64,000 nucleotides of DNA from Candidatus Pacearchaeota archaeon (GCA_016188825.1 JACPHA010000019.1:3414-67413); one strand, 5' to 3'. Positions 26,519 to 36,598 are shown, counted from the stretch's first letter. Numbers and translations: made by a program. Notes: generated by a model not told the origin, from the letters alone.

Positions 26519-26745
26519 ATTTTTTCTATTTTAACAGAATATATTTCTTCACGTTTTAGCAATGATGTAGCATAAACTAGCGCGGCTAAAATATCTTCTT
26601 TTTTTAAATGTGGATATTCTTCTAAAATATTTTCGAAACTCATTCCAGAAGAGAGCATTTCCAATATAAATTCTACAGATATTCTTGTTCCTTTGATAAT
26701 TGGTTTGCCTGCGAGGATCTTCTGGTCTATAATTATCCTTTCCAT
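26515..26745 (-). CDS. DUF433 antitoxin
   Basis: I..GKP.IKGTRISV..IL..L..G.S...IL.EYP.L..EDI.AAL.YA. Confidence 0.92.
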   Translation of the reverse strand: MERIIIDQKILAGKPIIKGTRISVEFILEMLSSGMSFENILEEYPHLKKEDILAALVYATSLLKREEIYSVKIEKI

Positions 26746-26821
26746 GATTTGTCATAATAATTGAAGTTTAAATAATTAACTTGGGGGAGCGTGTCTAACA
26801 ATTACTAAATTTATGCTTTTT

Positions 26822-27385
26822 TTATAATTCTTTATATCTGAAACAATTAACAAGATGGTCGTTCGTCATTCCTGCTGCCTGCATGAAGGCATAGCAGATA
26901 GTTGAGCCGACGAATTTAAAGCCTCGCTTTTTCAAATCAAGAGACATTGCATCTGATTCTTTCGTTTTTGCAGGCAGTTCTTTTAAAGATTTAAATTTAT
27001 TTTTTATTGTTTTATGGTTTGTAAACTGCCAGATGTATTTGTCAAAACTGCCGAATTCTTTTTTAACTTCGAGAAATTTTTGAGCGTTCGTTACTGTGCT
27101 TTGTATTTTTAATTTGTTCCTTATAATTCCTTTGTTATTTAATAATCTCTGAATGTCTTTTTGCGTGTATTTTGCAATTTTGTCAGGAGCAAAATTATGA
27201 AATGCTTTTTTGAAATTTTCTCTTTTATTAATTATGATTTCCCAGTTTAAACCTGCTTGGAAAGCATCTAAAATAAGGTATTCAAAAAGTTTTTTGTCAT
27301 CGTGCAAAGGAACCCCCCATTCGTTGTCGTGATAGGCTATCATTAATGAATTTTTTCCAGGCCAATGGCATCTTTTTTGTTCCAT
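26822..27385 (-). CDS. tag: DNA-3-methyladenine glycosylase I
   Basis: RC.W, YHD.EWG.P, FQAGL.W, IIRN.LKI, GFKFVG and NDH...C. Confidence 0.95.
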   Translation of the reverse strand: MEQKRCHWPGKNSLMIAYHDNEWGVPLHDDKKLFEYLILDAFQAGLNWEIIINKRENFKKAFHNFAPDKIAKYTQKDIQRLLNNKGIIRNKLKIQSTVTNAQKFLEVKKEFGSFDKYIWQFTNHKTIKNKFKSLKELPAKTKESDAMSLDLKKRGFKFVGSTICYAFMQAAGMTNDHLVNCFRYKEL

Positions 27386-27387
27386 TT

Positions 27388-27969
27388 TTAAATTTGCTTT
27401 GATATTTTAATTAACTCATTTAAAACAACACGAAGCTCTTTTATATTATCTTCGGATGTAAAATGGCCCTTATTGTGTTCAGTGATCACTTCGGCGTTTA
27501 ATTTTTTCTTAAATATTTCTTTGTCAGATAAAGGAACAAAGGGGTCGTTGTCAGAGAAAACAGCAATGAAGTTAGAACAATGTTTTTTTATTTTATCCCA
27601 TGAAATAGGAGATATGAGCCAAGATTTTGCAACTCTTTTTTCATCTTCTGTTTCTAGATTTTTTAAGTTAATCCATGGAGCTACAAGAATAACTCCTCCA
27701 ATTTTTATATTGCCATGTAAAGTTTCTAAATATCTTAAGATTGTTTGACAACCGATTGAATGGCCAATGAAATAAGTATTTTTATCTGGGTTGTGCACTT
27801 TTTCATTAATAAAGGATGTCCATTTATTTATTTGGGGCTCTTGGGGATTTGGCATATCAGGGGTTTTAACAATAAATTTTCTCTTTTCAAGTTCTTTCTT
27901 GAGCCATGGATACCAATCGGCTTCTGGATTTCCGTCCCATCTATGAATTATGAAAACTTTTTTTATCAT
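27388..27969 (-). CDS. RBBP9/YdeN family alpha/beta hydrolase
   Basis: IIH...WYPWL, GHSIG nucleophile, SDNDPFVP and GHF. Confidence 0.9.
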   Translation of the reverse strand: MIKKVFIIHRWDGNPEADWYPWLKKELEKRKFIVKTPDMPNPQEPQINKWTSFINEKVHNPDKNTYFIGHSIGCQTILRYLETLHGNIKIGGVILVAPWINLKNLETEDEKRVAKSWLISPISWDKIKKHCSNFIAVFSDNDPFVPLSDKEIFKKKLNAEVITEHNKGHFTSEDNIKELRVVLNELIKISKQI

Positions 27970-28000
27970 TTTACTTATCAGGAGATTGGAATTTTTAAAT

Positions 28001-28846
28001 CTAATTGAAAACAAATTCCGCCCTTGCTATAATTTCTTTTTCATTTGTTTTATGATAAATTCCTATGAATTGAGCATTGCAGAAAATTGCAAATTTATCC
28101 TCTTTGGGCAATTCATCATTTTGAAGCAAATCAGATTTTGTTACCGGTTTTCCCGTTAAAAGTTGTTTTAAATTTTTTTCTGAAATTCTTACATGCGGCA
28201 GAACTTTTAATATGGCCTCTTCTGCAGGAATTAGAATTTTTTTAAGAAGAGAGTCATTTCCTTTTTTATATTCTTCAATTATTTTTTCAAACTCATATAA
28301 GTCAATAAAGTTTTTATCTTTTTCTGAAAAGATGCCTGCTCGGGTTCTTCTCAATTCAAACATGTGCGCTCCGCCAATGTTCTTGCCGATGTCATGGCAG
28401 AGCTTTCTAATGTAAGTGCCTGCTTGGACTTCTGTAAGAAATAAAACATCCTTGCCTTGAATTTCTAAAATTTCAAATTTTTTTATTTCCCTAATTCGCT
28501 CTGCTCTTTTTACTCTCGACCGCTTGGGAGGTAATTGAGTTATTTTTCCTATAAATTCTTTGATTGCTTTTTTTAATTTGTCTTCAGAAACGTCTGAATG
28601 CAAGCGCATTATTCCAACATATTCTTTCTCTTTATGCATGAAGTAATCTGATAAACGGCAAGCTCTGCTAAGTGCGATTGGCAAAACGCCAGAAACTGCT
28701 GGATCAAGCGTTCCAAAATGAGAGGTTTTGTTTGAATCAAATGATTTTTTTATGAATTCTGAAATTGAAAAACTTGTAGGGCCTGCTGGCTTGTCGATGT
28801 TTATGATTGAGAATTTTAATAAGTCGGAGATTGGTTTTTGGTTCAT
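28001..28846 (-). CDS. cbf5: pseudouridine synthase Cbf5/TruB
   Basis: IDKP.GPTS, HFGTLDP.VSGVLP, GTYIRKLCHDIG and ELRRTR.G. Confidence 0.93.
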   Translation of the reverse strand: MNQKPISDLLKFSIINIDKPAGPTSFSISEFIKKSFDSNKTSHFGTLDPAVSGVLPIALSRACRLSDYFMHKEKEYVGIMRLHSDVSEDKLKKAIKEFIGKITQLPPKRSRVKRAERIREIKKFEILEIQGKDVLFLTEVQAGTYIRKLCHDIGKNIGGAHMFELRRTRAGIFSEKDKNFIDLYEFEKIIEEYKKGNDSLLKKILIPAEEAILKVLPHVRISEKNLKQLLTGKPVTKSDLLQNDELPKEDKFAIFCNAQFIGIYHKTNEKEIIARAEFVFN

Positions 28847-28927
28847 TTTTATTTTAGAAAGATAAAGAATATAAAATTATCTAATCTATAATTATATAAA
28901 AGAAATTTTTGGAAATTAATTAGGTGA

Positions 28928-29082
28928 TTAATGCATTAAAGAACCAGATTTTTTATATTTATAGACGACAAAATAGTGAAAGATACGTGCAAGCAATTAA
29001 AATGCGAACTTATCTTATATCAGTGATTTATCGATATTATTTACTAATTTAAGAGGCAGTTTAGTGCGGATTTCTACTAATC
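28928..29082 (+). repeat. dispersed non-coding repeat, copy 2
   Basis: Homologous to 13029..13241; flanked by imperfect inverted ends ATTAATTAGGTGATTA / TAATCACATTAATTAAT. Confidence 0.85.
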
Positions 29083-29172
29083 ACATTAATTAATGTTAAA
29101 CAATTTGCATGGAGTGTAATTTGGCTTATCAGTCGTGCGGGCCATTATTTTTTACTTGGAGGATTTGCAAGT

Positions 29173-31851
29173 TCAAGCCCTGATTATTTTTTTATTTGTG
29201 ACTAAGTTCGGAGGAGGCATCATGCCTTGCTGTCTTCGGTTTCCAAACCAGCGCGCAAATGGATTTCCGCGAACAGTCCAGTAATATGCAATGCCGACTA
29301 TGATTAATAAAACTACTACAATTATTACCCATAACCATTCCCAGCCAAAACCATCAGATTCATCGCCTTCAATATCTGTTGCATTTTGTGCTGTTGTAAC
29401 ATTTGTTGTTATGTTTGTTGGAGGCAATGCTGGAATTTGTTCTTGAATGTATAAAATTGTTAAGTTTGCCATGCTGTTTGATATTTCATTTAGCTTTATT
29501 GATAAATCATAATAGCTATCGTTTGTTACATCAAATTTTTTAGTGTCATTGACATTAAATACTGCTTGTTGTGGTGTTGAAGAAACATTTATTGTTGCCT
29601 CTGTGCTGGTGAGCTTGACAACCCCGATATAGTGTGTTGTTGCGTTTACCTTGATTTTTATTCTTTCTTTTTCTTTTAGTTTTCTGTTTATGGTACCTTT
29701 TTCACTTAGCTCCTTGTCGTCGTGAGCAAAAGTCACTGTCCAGAAGGTTGTTGCGTTTGTGTCTCCTCCGCCTCCGCCTGAGCTGCTGCTTGAATCGTTG
29801 CTTGAAGTAGCAGTAATAACACTTCCTGAACCTTGCGTCTCTGTTCCAGAAAAGTGTGGAAGTCTTACCCAGATTCTGTTGTTAGAAGTATCTTTGTAGC
29901 AAGGATTTGTTATATTTATTGTGCTTTCGTTTGTGCCGCAGGTAGATTGATTTAATAAATAAGCCCATTCACTTTGTTTTGCGGAATAATGAGAATAATT
30001 TCCTGCCAGAGCAGATGCAGAAGTGCCGTTTGCAGTTGTATTCCACATCTTATTCCAGTTATCGTCATAGAAAATAGGAATTGAAATATTAACTGTTGCA
30101 CTTTCATTTAATCCTGTTTGTGAAGAGCTTCCTTCTGTGTAAGGAATTGAAACTAAAACATAATCATATATTGTTGGTCCTAGAGAGCCAAATCTTAAAG
30201 CTGACTGGAATGTTCCTGATGTTGAGGTTGTAGCAGAATCATCAAACAAGGCGTCTGGCGGACCTGAAGCAAGCATGTCTACATTAACATAATGAACCAA
30301 AATTCCTCCTGTTCCCATTCTGAAACTTAATTTTCCGCCGCCGATTATTGCAGACATTGGATTAAAGCTATCAAGTGTGGTAGAGCTGCCTACCAAACAA
30401 GAAGAGGCAGGGTTTGGAACATCGCAAGTTGAGTTTGATATATAGAGAGCCATGGAAATGCTTGATTCTGCCAGAGTTCCGTCAATCTCGCCTGGGTTAA
30501 ATGTCGAAATTGTTATATTATTGTTTGTTTGAATTTGAGAAACAGTCGGAGAGGTTTTTTTAGGAGAATAATCCCCGCCTGATGCGTAAATATTCATTTC
30601 TTTTATTCCTGTTGAATTTAATAAAGGCAGAGAAAAGGAAGCAGAAGCAGATTGCTCTATTTCTTCCATCCAAGTGAATTCTAAAGCGCCGAAAGAAGAA
30701 TAATCAATCGTCGCTTCAATGTGTGCAGATGTTTGTGATAATGTGCTATTTGTTGTGTTAACCAAATTAAAGCTCTGTTTTGCCGTTGATATGTTTATTG
30801 TTGTACCATCAACTTTTTCCATTGAAATATTTGAAGCTGTGCCTAACAATCCGCTTAAAGAAAAGTTAAAGCTCGTTGTTTCTGCTGCAGAGCTTAATGT
30901 CAAACTTAAATTTCTGAAGCCTCCATAATAATTACTACCATTTCTTGCTGTTGCGAATAATAATATGCTTGAGGTTTCTGCTGTGCCAGGAAGTGAGATA
31001 TTGTAAAAGCCGCTTGTTAGGTTGTGGGTGTCTGTGCCTCCATCGGGAACAAAAGCACTTAAATTATATGGCATGTCCCCGAATGTTGCATGAACCATGT
31101 TTCCCGGCTCTAATAAATAAGGAACAACTGTGAATTCATTCCAGACGGAAATTCCAGAGTAATTAATGTATCCAGATACTCTTTTCATTTGAAGAGTTGT
31201 GTTAAATTGATATTGCAAGGTTTTTGTTGTAAAGTTGTATTTTGATAAGGAATTAACATCATATGAAGAAGAAGCAGAAAAATTGTTCCAGTTAAAACTT
31301 ACTGGCATGCTTTGATTTGGATAAATCATTATTGAATAATTTCTGTCTCTTGGAATGTTAATAATTGCTTCATTAACATTTGATTCAAAATTATCTGCAA
31401 TTGGGTAGCCGAGTTTTTGATCTTTGATTTGATATCTGAAAGCGATTCTGCCACCGGAAGAGTTTATCGCAGTAATGTTTATTGTTCCTGCGTCTCTTAA
31501 ATAAAATGTTGTGCTTGATAATGTGTTATAAATTAAAGAAGGAAAGGCGGGCAAGCTTTGTCCGATGAAATCAATAAATGTTCCATTTGTGTGTGTTATT
31601 TTTGGCTCGTAAAACCAAGATGAATTTTCTGCAACGGTTAAATTAAACCAACCGGATGCATTTGTTGTTGTGAAATTATAACCGATAATTTGAAAGTTTG
31701 AGTTTCTTACTGTTATATTAACAACAGAGTTATTCAAGGCATTTCCGTTTGTGTCCTTTACTGTGCCGTTGAAATCAAATCCGGAAGAAAAATTTAAACT
31801 AAGAAAAATTATTAAAACTCCCAAGAGCAAAATATCTCTTTCTTTCACCAT
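29173..31851 (-). CDS. large secreted, C-terminally anchored surface glycoprotein
   Basis: Signal peptide, many N-x-S/T sequons, Ser/Gly linker, C-terminal TM helix and basic tail. Confidence 0.85.
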   Translation of the reverse strand: MVKERDILLLGVLIIFLSLNFSSGFDFNGTVKDTNGNALNNSVVNITVRNSNFQIIGYNFTTTNASGWFNLTVAENSSWFYEPKITHTNGTFIDFIGQSLPAFPSLIYNTLSSTTFYLRDAGTINITAINSSGGRIAFRYQIKDQKLGYPIADNFESNVNEAIINIPRDRNYSIMIYPNQSMPVSFNWNNFSASSSYDVNSLSKYNFTTKTLQYQFNTTLQMKRVSGYINYSGISVWNEFTVVPYLLEPGNMVHATFGDMPYNLSAFVPDGGTDTHNLTSGFYNISLPGTAETSSILLFATARNGSNYYGGFRNLSLTLSSAAETTSFNFSLSGLLGTASNISMEKVDGTTINISTAKQSFNLVNTTNSTLSQTSAHIEATIDYSSFGALEFTWMEEIEQSASASFSLPLLNSTGIKEMNIYASGGDYSPKKTSPTVSQIQTNNNITISTFNPGEIDGTLAESSISMALYISNSTCDVPNPASSCLVGSSTTLDSFNPMSAIIGGGKLSFRMGTGGILVHYVNVDMLASGPPDALFDDSATTSTSGTFQSALRFGSLGPTIYDYVLVSIPYTEGSSSQTGLNESATVNISIPIFYDDNWNKMWNTTANGTSASALAGNYSHYSAKQSEWAYLLNQSTCGTNESTINITNPCYKDTSNNRIWVRLPHFSGTETQGSGSVITATSSNDSSSSSGGGGGDTNATTFWTVTFAHDDKELSEKGTINRKLKEKERIKIKVNATTHYIGVVKLTSTEATINVSSTPQQAVFNVNDTKKFDVTNDSYYDLSIKLNEISNSMANLTILYIQEQIPALPPTNITTNVTTAQNATDIEGDESDGFGWEWLWVIIVVVLLIIVGIAYYWTVRGNPFARWFGNRRQQGMMPPPNLVTNKKIIRA

Positions 31852-31912
31852 CTTTTACAATTTTAATTAAAATGAAACAGCTTTATAAACATTTCTTATT
31901 TATCAAAGACAG

Positions 31913-31986
31913 GCCTCTATAGCTCAGCTGGTCAGAGTACGAGTTTCGTAAACTCGGGGTCCTGGGTTCGATTCCCAGTAGAGGCT
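31913..31986 (+). tRNA. tRNA-Thr(CGT)
   Basis: GCCTCTA/TAGAGGC acceptor, CGAGT-TTCGTAA-ACTCG anticodon arm, CTGGG-TTCGATT-CCCAG T arm. Confidence 0.95.
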
Positions 31987-31990
31987 TTCT

Positions 31991-32040
31991 ACAACACCTT
32001 TTAGAAAAAGGTTTTCTAGGAGTTTCCAAAACTGTAATAG
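31991..32040 (+). repeat. hairpin repeat related to 1089..1135
   Basis: ACAACACCTTTTAGAAAAAGGTTTTCTAGGAGTTTCCAAAACT vs ACAAACTTTTTAGAAAAAAGTTTCTATGAGTTCAAAACT. Confidence 0.7.
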
Positions 32041-32084
32041 TTAAAACAAATAATTTTATTAATCAATTTTATTTGATAATTATC

Positions 32085-33773
32085 ATGAAAGGACTAATTG
32101 TGAAACACATTGAAAAAGAGCTGAAAGAATTAAAAGTTAAATTGGGCAAAGAGGAAATTGAAAAATTAATTGAAATTCCTCCTTCGCCTGAATTTGGTGA
32201 TTACGCTTTTCCTTGTTTTGTTTTTGTCAAGGAATTGAAAAAAAGTTCTAATGAAATTGCTAAAAACCTGGCCGAAAGAATTGTAAAAGATGATTTTGAG
32301 AAGGTTGAAGCTAGGGGAGCTTATGTTAATTTTTTTCTTGACAGAGAGGTTTTGGCTAACAGAATATTAAAAGAAATTGTTGAGGAGAAAGACGATTATG
32401 GAAAAGAAAATAGAAAAAAGAAAAAAATAATGATTGAATTTTATCAGGCAAACACGCATAAGGCGTTTCATGTTGGGCATATAAGAGGAACTTCATTAGG
32501 AGAAAGTTTGTCAAGAATTTTGGAATTTTATGGATATGAAATAATAAGAGCAAATTATGAGGGAGACAAAGGAATGCATGTTGCAAAATGGATTTGGTGC
32601 TATCAGAAATTTCATGGCGAGGAAAGACTGATTGAAAATGAGACTTGGATTGCAAATGTTTATATTGATGCTGTAAAAAGATTGACAGAAAATCCTGAAT
32701 TGGAAAAAGAAGTTGAAGAAATAAATAGAAAACTGGAAACGAGGGAAGACAAAACTTTGAATGAATTATGGGAGAAAACAAGAAATTTATCATTGAATTC
32801 TTTTGAGAAAATTTACCAAGAGCTAAACGCGAAGTTTGATGTTTATTTTTTTGAATCAGAGATGGAAGAAAAAGGCAAGAAAATTGTTGATAAAATATTT
32901 AATAAAAGAGTTGCACATCTTTCAGACGGTGCATTGATTGTTAACTTGGAGGAGCATGGTTTAGGAATTTGGGTTTTGCTTAGAAAAGATGGGACAATAT
33001 TGTATTCTGCAAAAGATTTGGCTCTTGCAGAGATAAAGTTTAAGAAATTTAAAATTGACAAAGCGATTTATGTTGTGGGGGCACAACAGAGATTACATTT
33101 CATGCAGTTGTTTAAAACTCTCGAGCTAATGAAATTTAAATCAAAAGATAAATTGATTTATGTTCCTGTAAGCGAGGTAAGGTTTCCTTGGGGGAAGATG
33201 TCTTCCAGAACAGGAGAAAATATTCTTTATTCTGATTTTAAGAATGAGCTGATTGAATATGCTAAAAAAGAAATTGAAGAAAGAGAAAAAATCGGCAAAG
33301 ATGAATTAGAAAAAAGAGCATTAAGAATTGCGATTGCTGCAATGAAATATTCAATGCTGAAACAAGATACAGACAAGCCGATTATATTTGTGAAAGAAGA
33401 AGCTATGAAGTTCGAGGGAAATACCGGACCTTATTTGCTCTACAGCTATGCAAGAGCAAGGAGCATATTAAGAAAATCGGTTGGAGGAAACAGAGAAATT
33501 TCTTTTGAAAAAATTCATGACATTGAAAAGAATTTAATTTCCGGGCTGGGAAGATTTCCTGAAATTGTTGAGCAAGCAGGAAAAACATTGCAACCTGCTT
33601 TGATTGCAAATTATTGCTATGAAATTTCAAAGAAATTCAATGAGTTTTATCATTTGCATAAAGTGATTGGCTCGGAAAATGTGGGCTTTAGACTTTTGCT
33701 AGTTAGGGGGTTTACACAGGTTTTGAAAAATGGATTGAATTTGCTGGGAATTGATGTGCTGGAAAAAATGTAG
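32085..33773 (+). CDS. argS: arginyl-tRNA synthetase
   Basis: FGDYA, HVGHIR, KMSSRTG, GNTGPYLLYSYARA and the GI..LEKM end. Confidence 0.97.
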   Translation: MKGLIVKHIEKELKELKVKLGKEEIEKLIEIPPSPEFGDYAFPCFVFVKELKKSSNEIAKNLAERIVKDDFEKVEARGAYVNFFLDREVLANRILKEIVEEKDDYGKENRKKKKIMIEFYQANTHKAFHVGHIRGTSLGESLSRILEFYGYEIIRANYEGDKGMHVAKWIWCYQKFHGEERLIENETWIANVYIDAVKRLTENPELEKEVEEINRKLETREDKTLNELWEKTRNLSLNSFEKIYQELNAKFDVYFFESEMEEKGKKIVDKIFNKRVAHLSDGALIVNLEEHGLGIWVLLRKDGTILYSAKDLALAEIKFKKFKIDKAIYVVGAQQRLHFMQLFKTLELMKFKSKDKLIYVPVSEVRFPWGKMSSRTGENILYSDFKNELIEYAKKEIEEREKIGKDELEKRALRIAIAAMKYSMLKQDTDKPIIFVKEEAMKFEGNTGPYLLYSYARARSILRKSVGGNREISFEKIHDIEKNLISGLGRFPEIVEQAGKTLQPALIANYCYEISKKFNEFYHLHKVIGSENVGFRLLLVRGFTQVLKNGLNLLGIDVLEKM

Positions 33774-34137
33774 AACATTAAAATTTAAGTTGGTTGACAA
33801 TTTTAGCACCAATCAAATCTTTCAAGCCGTAAAATAATATATTATAGTTGTAATTTATTCAAGGTAATTGTCTATGATTAATTTCTAAAAGTTATTTACA
33901 TTAATCTGCTAAAAAGTCAATGCTGATTTAGAATAATCGCCAGATTTAAAAATGCCAATTGTATTTGTTTTCTATGATGAGTGAGATATTGACGGCAAAT
34001 ACATTTTTTCTGCTGATAGTTTTCATAGTTCTTATTATAATTCATGTCAAAAATGGAAATTCTAAAAAGGAAAGCAAGAAGATTAAAGAAGATATTAAGA
34101 AGATAAAAGAGCATATTGTTGGGGAATAAATAAAAAA

Positions 34138-34386
34138 TTACTGCTCGTCTTTATGATAAAGGTCAAGTATGTACGCTATTTTATTTGAAGCGTCGTAAAA
34201 ATATGATAATCTAAAAGGAGAAATATAAAGCTCTCTTGTGCCTTTTTTTGAATATCGCATCGGCTTTCCAACTTCAGGATTTTCCCTGATTTTAGAAATC
34301 TGTTTTATTATTTTTTCTTTTGTTAGCGGATCTTTAATCTTGGAAAAAAGACGTTTAAATCTTTCTTCAAAAATTACCTCTACCAT
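34138..34386 (-). CDS. RelE/ParE family toxin
   Basis: I..NP..GKP.R....G.RE.YI..FRL.Y...H.DE. Confidence 0.85.
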   Translation of the reverse strand: MVEVIFEERFKRLFSKIKDPLTKEKIIKQISKIRENPEVGKPMRYSKKGTRELYISPFRLSYFYDASNKIAYILDLYHKDEQ

Positions 34387-34649
34387 TTTTTTATTTCTTT
34401 TAAGAAATCTTCGAAGTTCATTCTAATACCTTTTCCAGATTTAACTCTTTCCAAGGCTTCGTCTGTTCTTTTTGCAAATTCCAAATCATCTTTCATCTGC
34501 TCTGATACTTTTGAAACTTTCTTTAAAATTATTCTGTCTTCATCTTTTACAATAAGCAACTCTTCTCCTTCTCTAAAGTCGCTCCTCATATTGCTTGGTA
34601 TAACCACCTGTCCCTTGGAGCTTATTCTTGTTACATTAATATTTACCAT
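34380..34649 (-). CDS. AbrB/MazE family antitoxin
   Basis: TRISSKGQVVIP..MR..F.EGE. Confidence 0.9.
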   Translation of the reverse strand: MVNINVTRISSKGQVVIPSNMRSDFREGEELLIVKDEDRIILKKVSKVSEQMKDDLEFAKRTDEALERVKSGKGIRMNFEDFLKEIKKW

Positions 34650-34650
34650 A

Positions 34651-34666
34651 GTAAGACATGTCTTAC
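34651..34666. promoter_or_regulatory. palindromic operator of the AbrB-RelE operon
   Basis: Perfect 16 bp palindrome GTAAGACATGTCTTAC between the TATA box and start codon. Confidence 0.7.
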
Positions 34667-34699
34667 ACTATATTTAAATCTTTCGCTAGAATTTATTTT

Positions 34700-35642
34700 T
34701 GTCTTATCCAGAAATAATGTTCATTCGACAAATAAGATAAGCTCTGCTGTAGAGCAGAGTCTTATGAGGAAACTTAACAAGAGAAAGATAAAGTGGATTG
34801 TAAGGGAAGTTGAAAGGAGGGAGAATGGGCTTTACACAATAGCAAAGACACAAAACATAACACCACAACATACGTGTTATGTTTATCGAAAGTATAAAAA
34901 TTGCAAAGATCCTGTCTTGCTTAGACCAGGAAGAAAACCAAAACAAATAAACGATGAAGAAAGGAAAATTATTATTCAAGCATATAAAGAAATTAGAGCT
35001 TCGGCAACGATGATAGAGCAATATCTCGATGAGAAAGGCGTTCATATCAATCATAACAGAATTCATAGAATTTTGCTGGAAGCAAAATTAGCTAAAGAAG
35101 AGCAAAGAAAAAAGAACAGAAGAACATGGGTCAGATATGAAAGAAAGCATAGTTTAAGTTTGGGACATACTGATTGGTTTGATTATCTAGGAAGACAAGG
35201 CATCATCTTCATTGATGATGCATCAAGATTCATCACTAGTCATGGAGAGTTTAATAATGCAAATACTGATAACTCATTAAAAGTTTTTAGAAGAGGTTTG
35301 AAATGGGGAATTTACAAACAGATGATGAGCGATCATGGACCTCAATTTGAAGAACAATTTACAGAAGGGCTTAAAAAAGCTGGAATAAAACATATCAAAT
35401 CGAGAGTTAAGCATCCACAGTCAAACGGAAAGGCTGAAAGAGCTATACAGACGATAAAAAAGCTCTGGAAAGAACTAGGAAGCTTCGATAAGGCAGTTGA
35501 ACAATACAATTACAAGAAACCGCATATGAGCTTAACTAATGGAAAGCTCAGAACTCCTTATCAAGCTTTCCTGGAGAAAAGAAAAAAATAAAAACAATGA
35601 ACAACTTAAAGAACCGAGTGAAGATTAATAGCGGATATTACA
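34700..35642 (+). mobile_element. IS481-family insertion sequence
   Basis: TGT...ACA ends, imperfect 28 bp terminal inverted repeats (20/28), flanking direct repeat AGAATTTATTTT. Confidence 0.85.
34764..35591 (+). CDS. DDE transposase (rve integrase core)
   Basis: HTD, FIDDASR, SDHG and PQSNGKAER motifs. Confidence 0.92.
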   Translation: MRKLNKRKIKWIVREVERRENGLYTIAKTQNITPQHTCYVYRKYKNCKDPVLLRPGRKPKQINDEERKIIIQAYKEIRASATMIEQYLDEKGVHINHNRIHRILLEAKLAKEEQRKKNRRTWVRYERKHSLSLGHTDWFDYLGRQGIIFIDDASRFITSHGEFNNANTDNSLKVFRRGLKWGIYKQMMSDHGPQFEEQFTEGLKKAGIKHIKSRVKHPQSNGKAERAIQTIKKLWKELGSFDKAVEQYNYKKPHMSLTNGKLRTPYQAFLEKRKK

Positions 35643-35927
35643 CAGAATTTATTTTTTGTAATTTACTAACTGTTACAATTTGTTTTACTGTCTTATAAAA
35701 GTTGTTCGCTAATTTAGTAATTGGCTACCTGAAAATAGACAAACCGATCTTCAACACTAGTCCTATTACTCCAATAATGAGACCAGTTACAGCAATATTA
35801 TTAGGAAAATGTTTCCTTTGAATAGTTGAAAAAACCATTGTCAAGATTGAGGAAAAATAGATGCTAAAAAGATAATAAGCCTAGAACTTTGTAAAAGGTC
35901 AATGGCAGCTAAAACCAAAGAGGCAAT

Positions 35928-36251
35928 TCAAAAACCATTACTTTTTCCTCTGTTTTTATCTTTGCTCGTGGCTTTTGATGCAATCCATCCAATAATCGCT
36001 CCCAAAATGAAACCAGCAATCATTGGAACAATTATTTTATCTAAAACAGGATTTGAGACGTAAAATAACTCATGAATTACGGCGTTTGGAAGTGATAAAA
36101 AAAAGATTACAATCAAAAAGATACTTTGTATTATACTTGATAAATTCTCGACTTCACCCGGTATAGAAAAAAGAAGGTTAAACAAAATAGCGTAAATTAT
36201 TGCACCATAAACTCCATATCTTGCCCAGTGCGGCAAATCTTTCCATCCCAT
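35928..36251 (-). CDS. small membrane protein
   Basis: Three hydrophobic segments. Confidence 0.65.
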   Translation of the reverse strand: MGWKDLPHWARYGVYGAIIYAILFNLLFSIPGEVENLSSIIQSIFLIVIFFLSLPNAVIHELFYVSNPVLDKIIVPMIAGFILGAIIGWIASKATSKDKNRGKSNGF

Positions 36252-36337
36252 TTTATAGGGTTAGAAAAAGAAATTTATTAGTAAATCTTTCTGTTCGTTC
36301 CTCATGCCTAAAATAAAGAACGCCAAGGGTAATAAGT

Positions 36338-36598
36338 GTGCAGAGAGGGAGTTTGCTTGGTTTTGAGCTGATGGCTTTCTCTTTGCCTTCTCAGTTTTGC
36401 TACCTTGCAAGCGCCATGTTTCTTTTTTAGGGCTGCTCCGATCAAGGCCTGACCCGATTCGAAAGAGCACGACCGAGCAAGACAAAACCTCACAGTTGGA
36501 CAAGAGACCAACAGCGCCTCTGCCTTACTTGCTCCTTTGAGCCCGCCATGAAGCCCGTTTGCGAATGGCGGAGGACTAACCCGCCAGCATCTCTGCAC
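36338..36598 (-). ncRNA. ffs: signal recognition particle RNA (reduced)
   Basis: GTGCAGAGA/TCTCTGCAC end pairing, Alu-like helices 3 and 4 with complementary loops, helix 8 GGGTCAGG...AGCAGCCC. Confidence 0.85.

Noticed and set aside
28001-28846. Intron in cbf5, as in some crenarchaea
   Set aside because: The frame is continuous through HFGTLDP.
33794-33920. TTGACAATTTTAGCA / TGCTAAAAAGTCAA as MITE ends
   Set aside because: Single imperfect pair, with no target duplication or second copy seen.
36261-36598. ORFs 36261..36503 and 36308..36598
   Set aside because: They are chance ORFs over the GC-rich SRP RNA.
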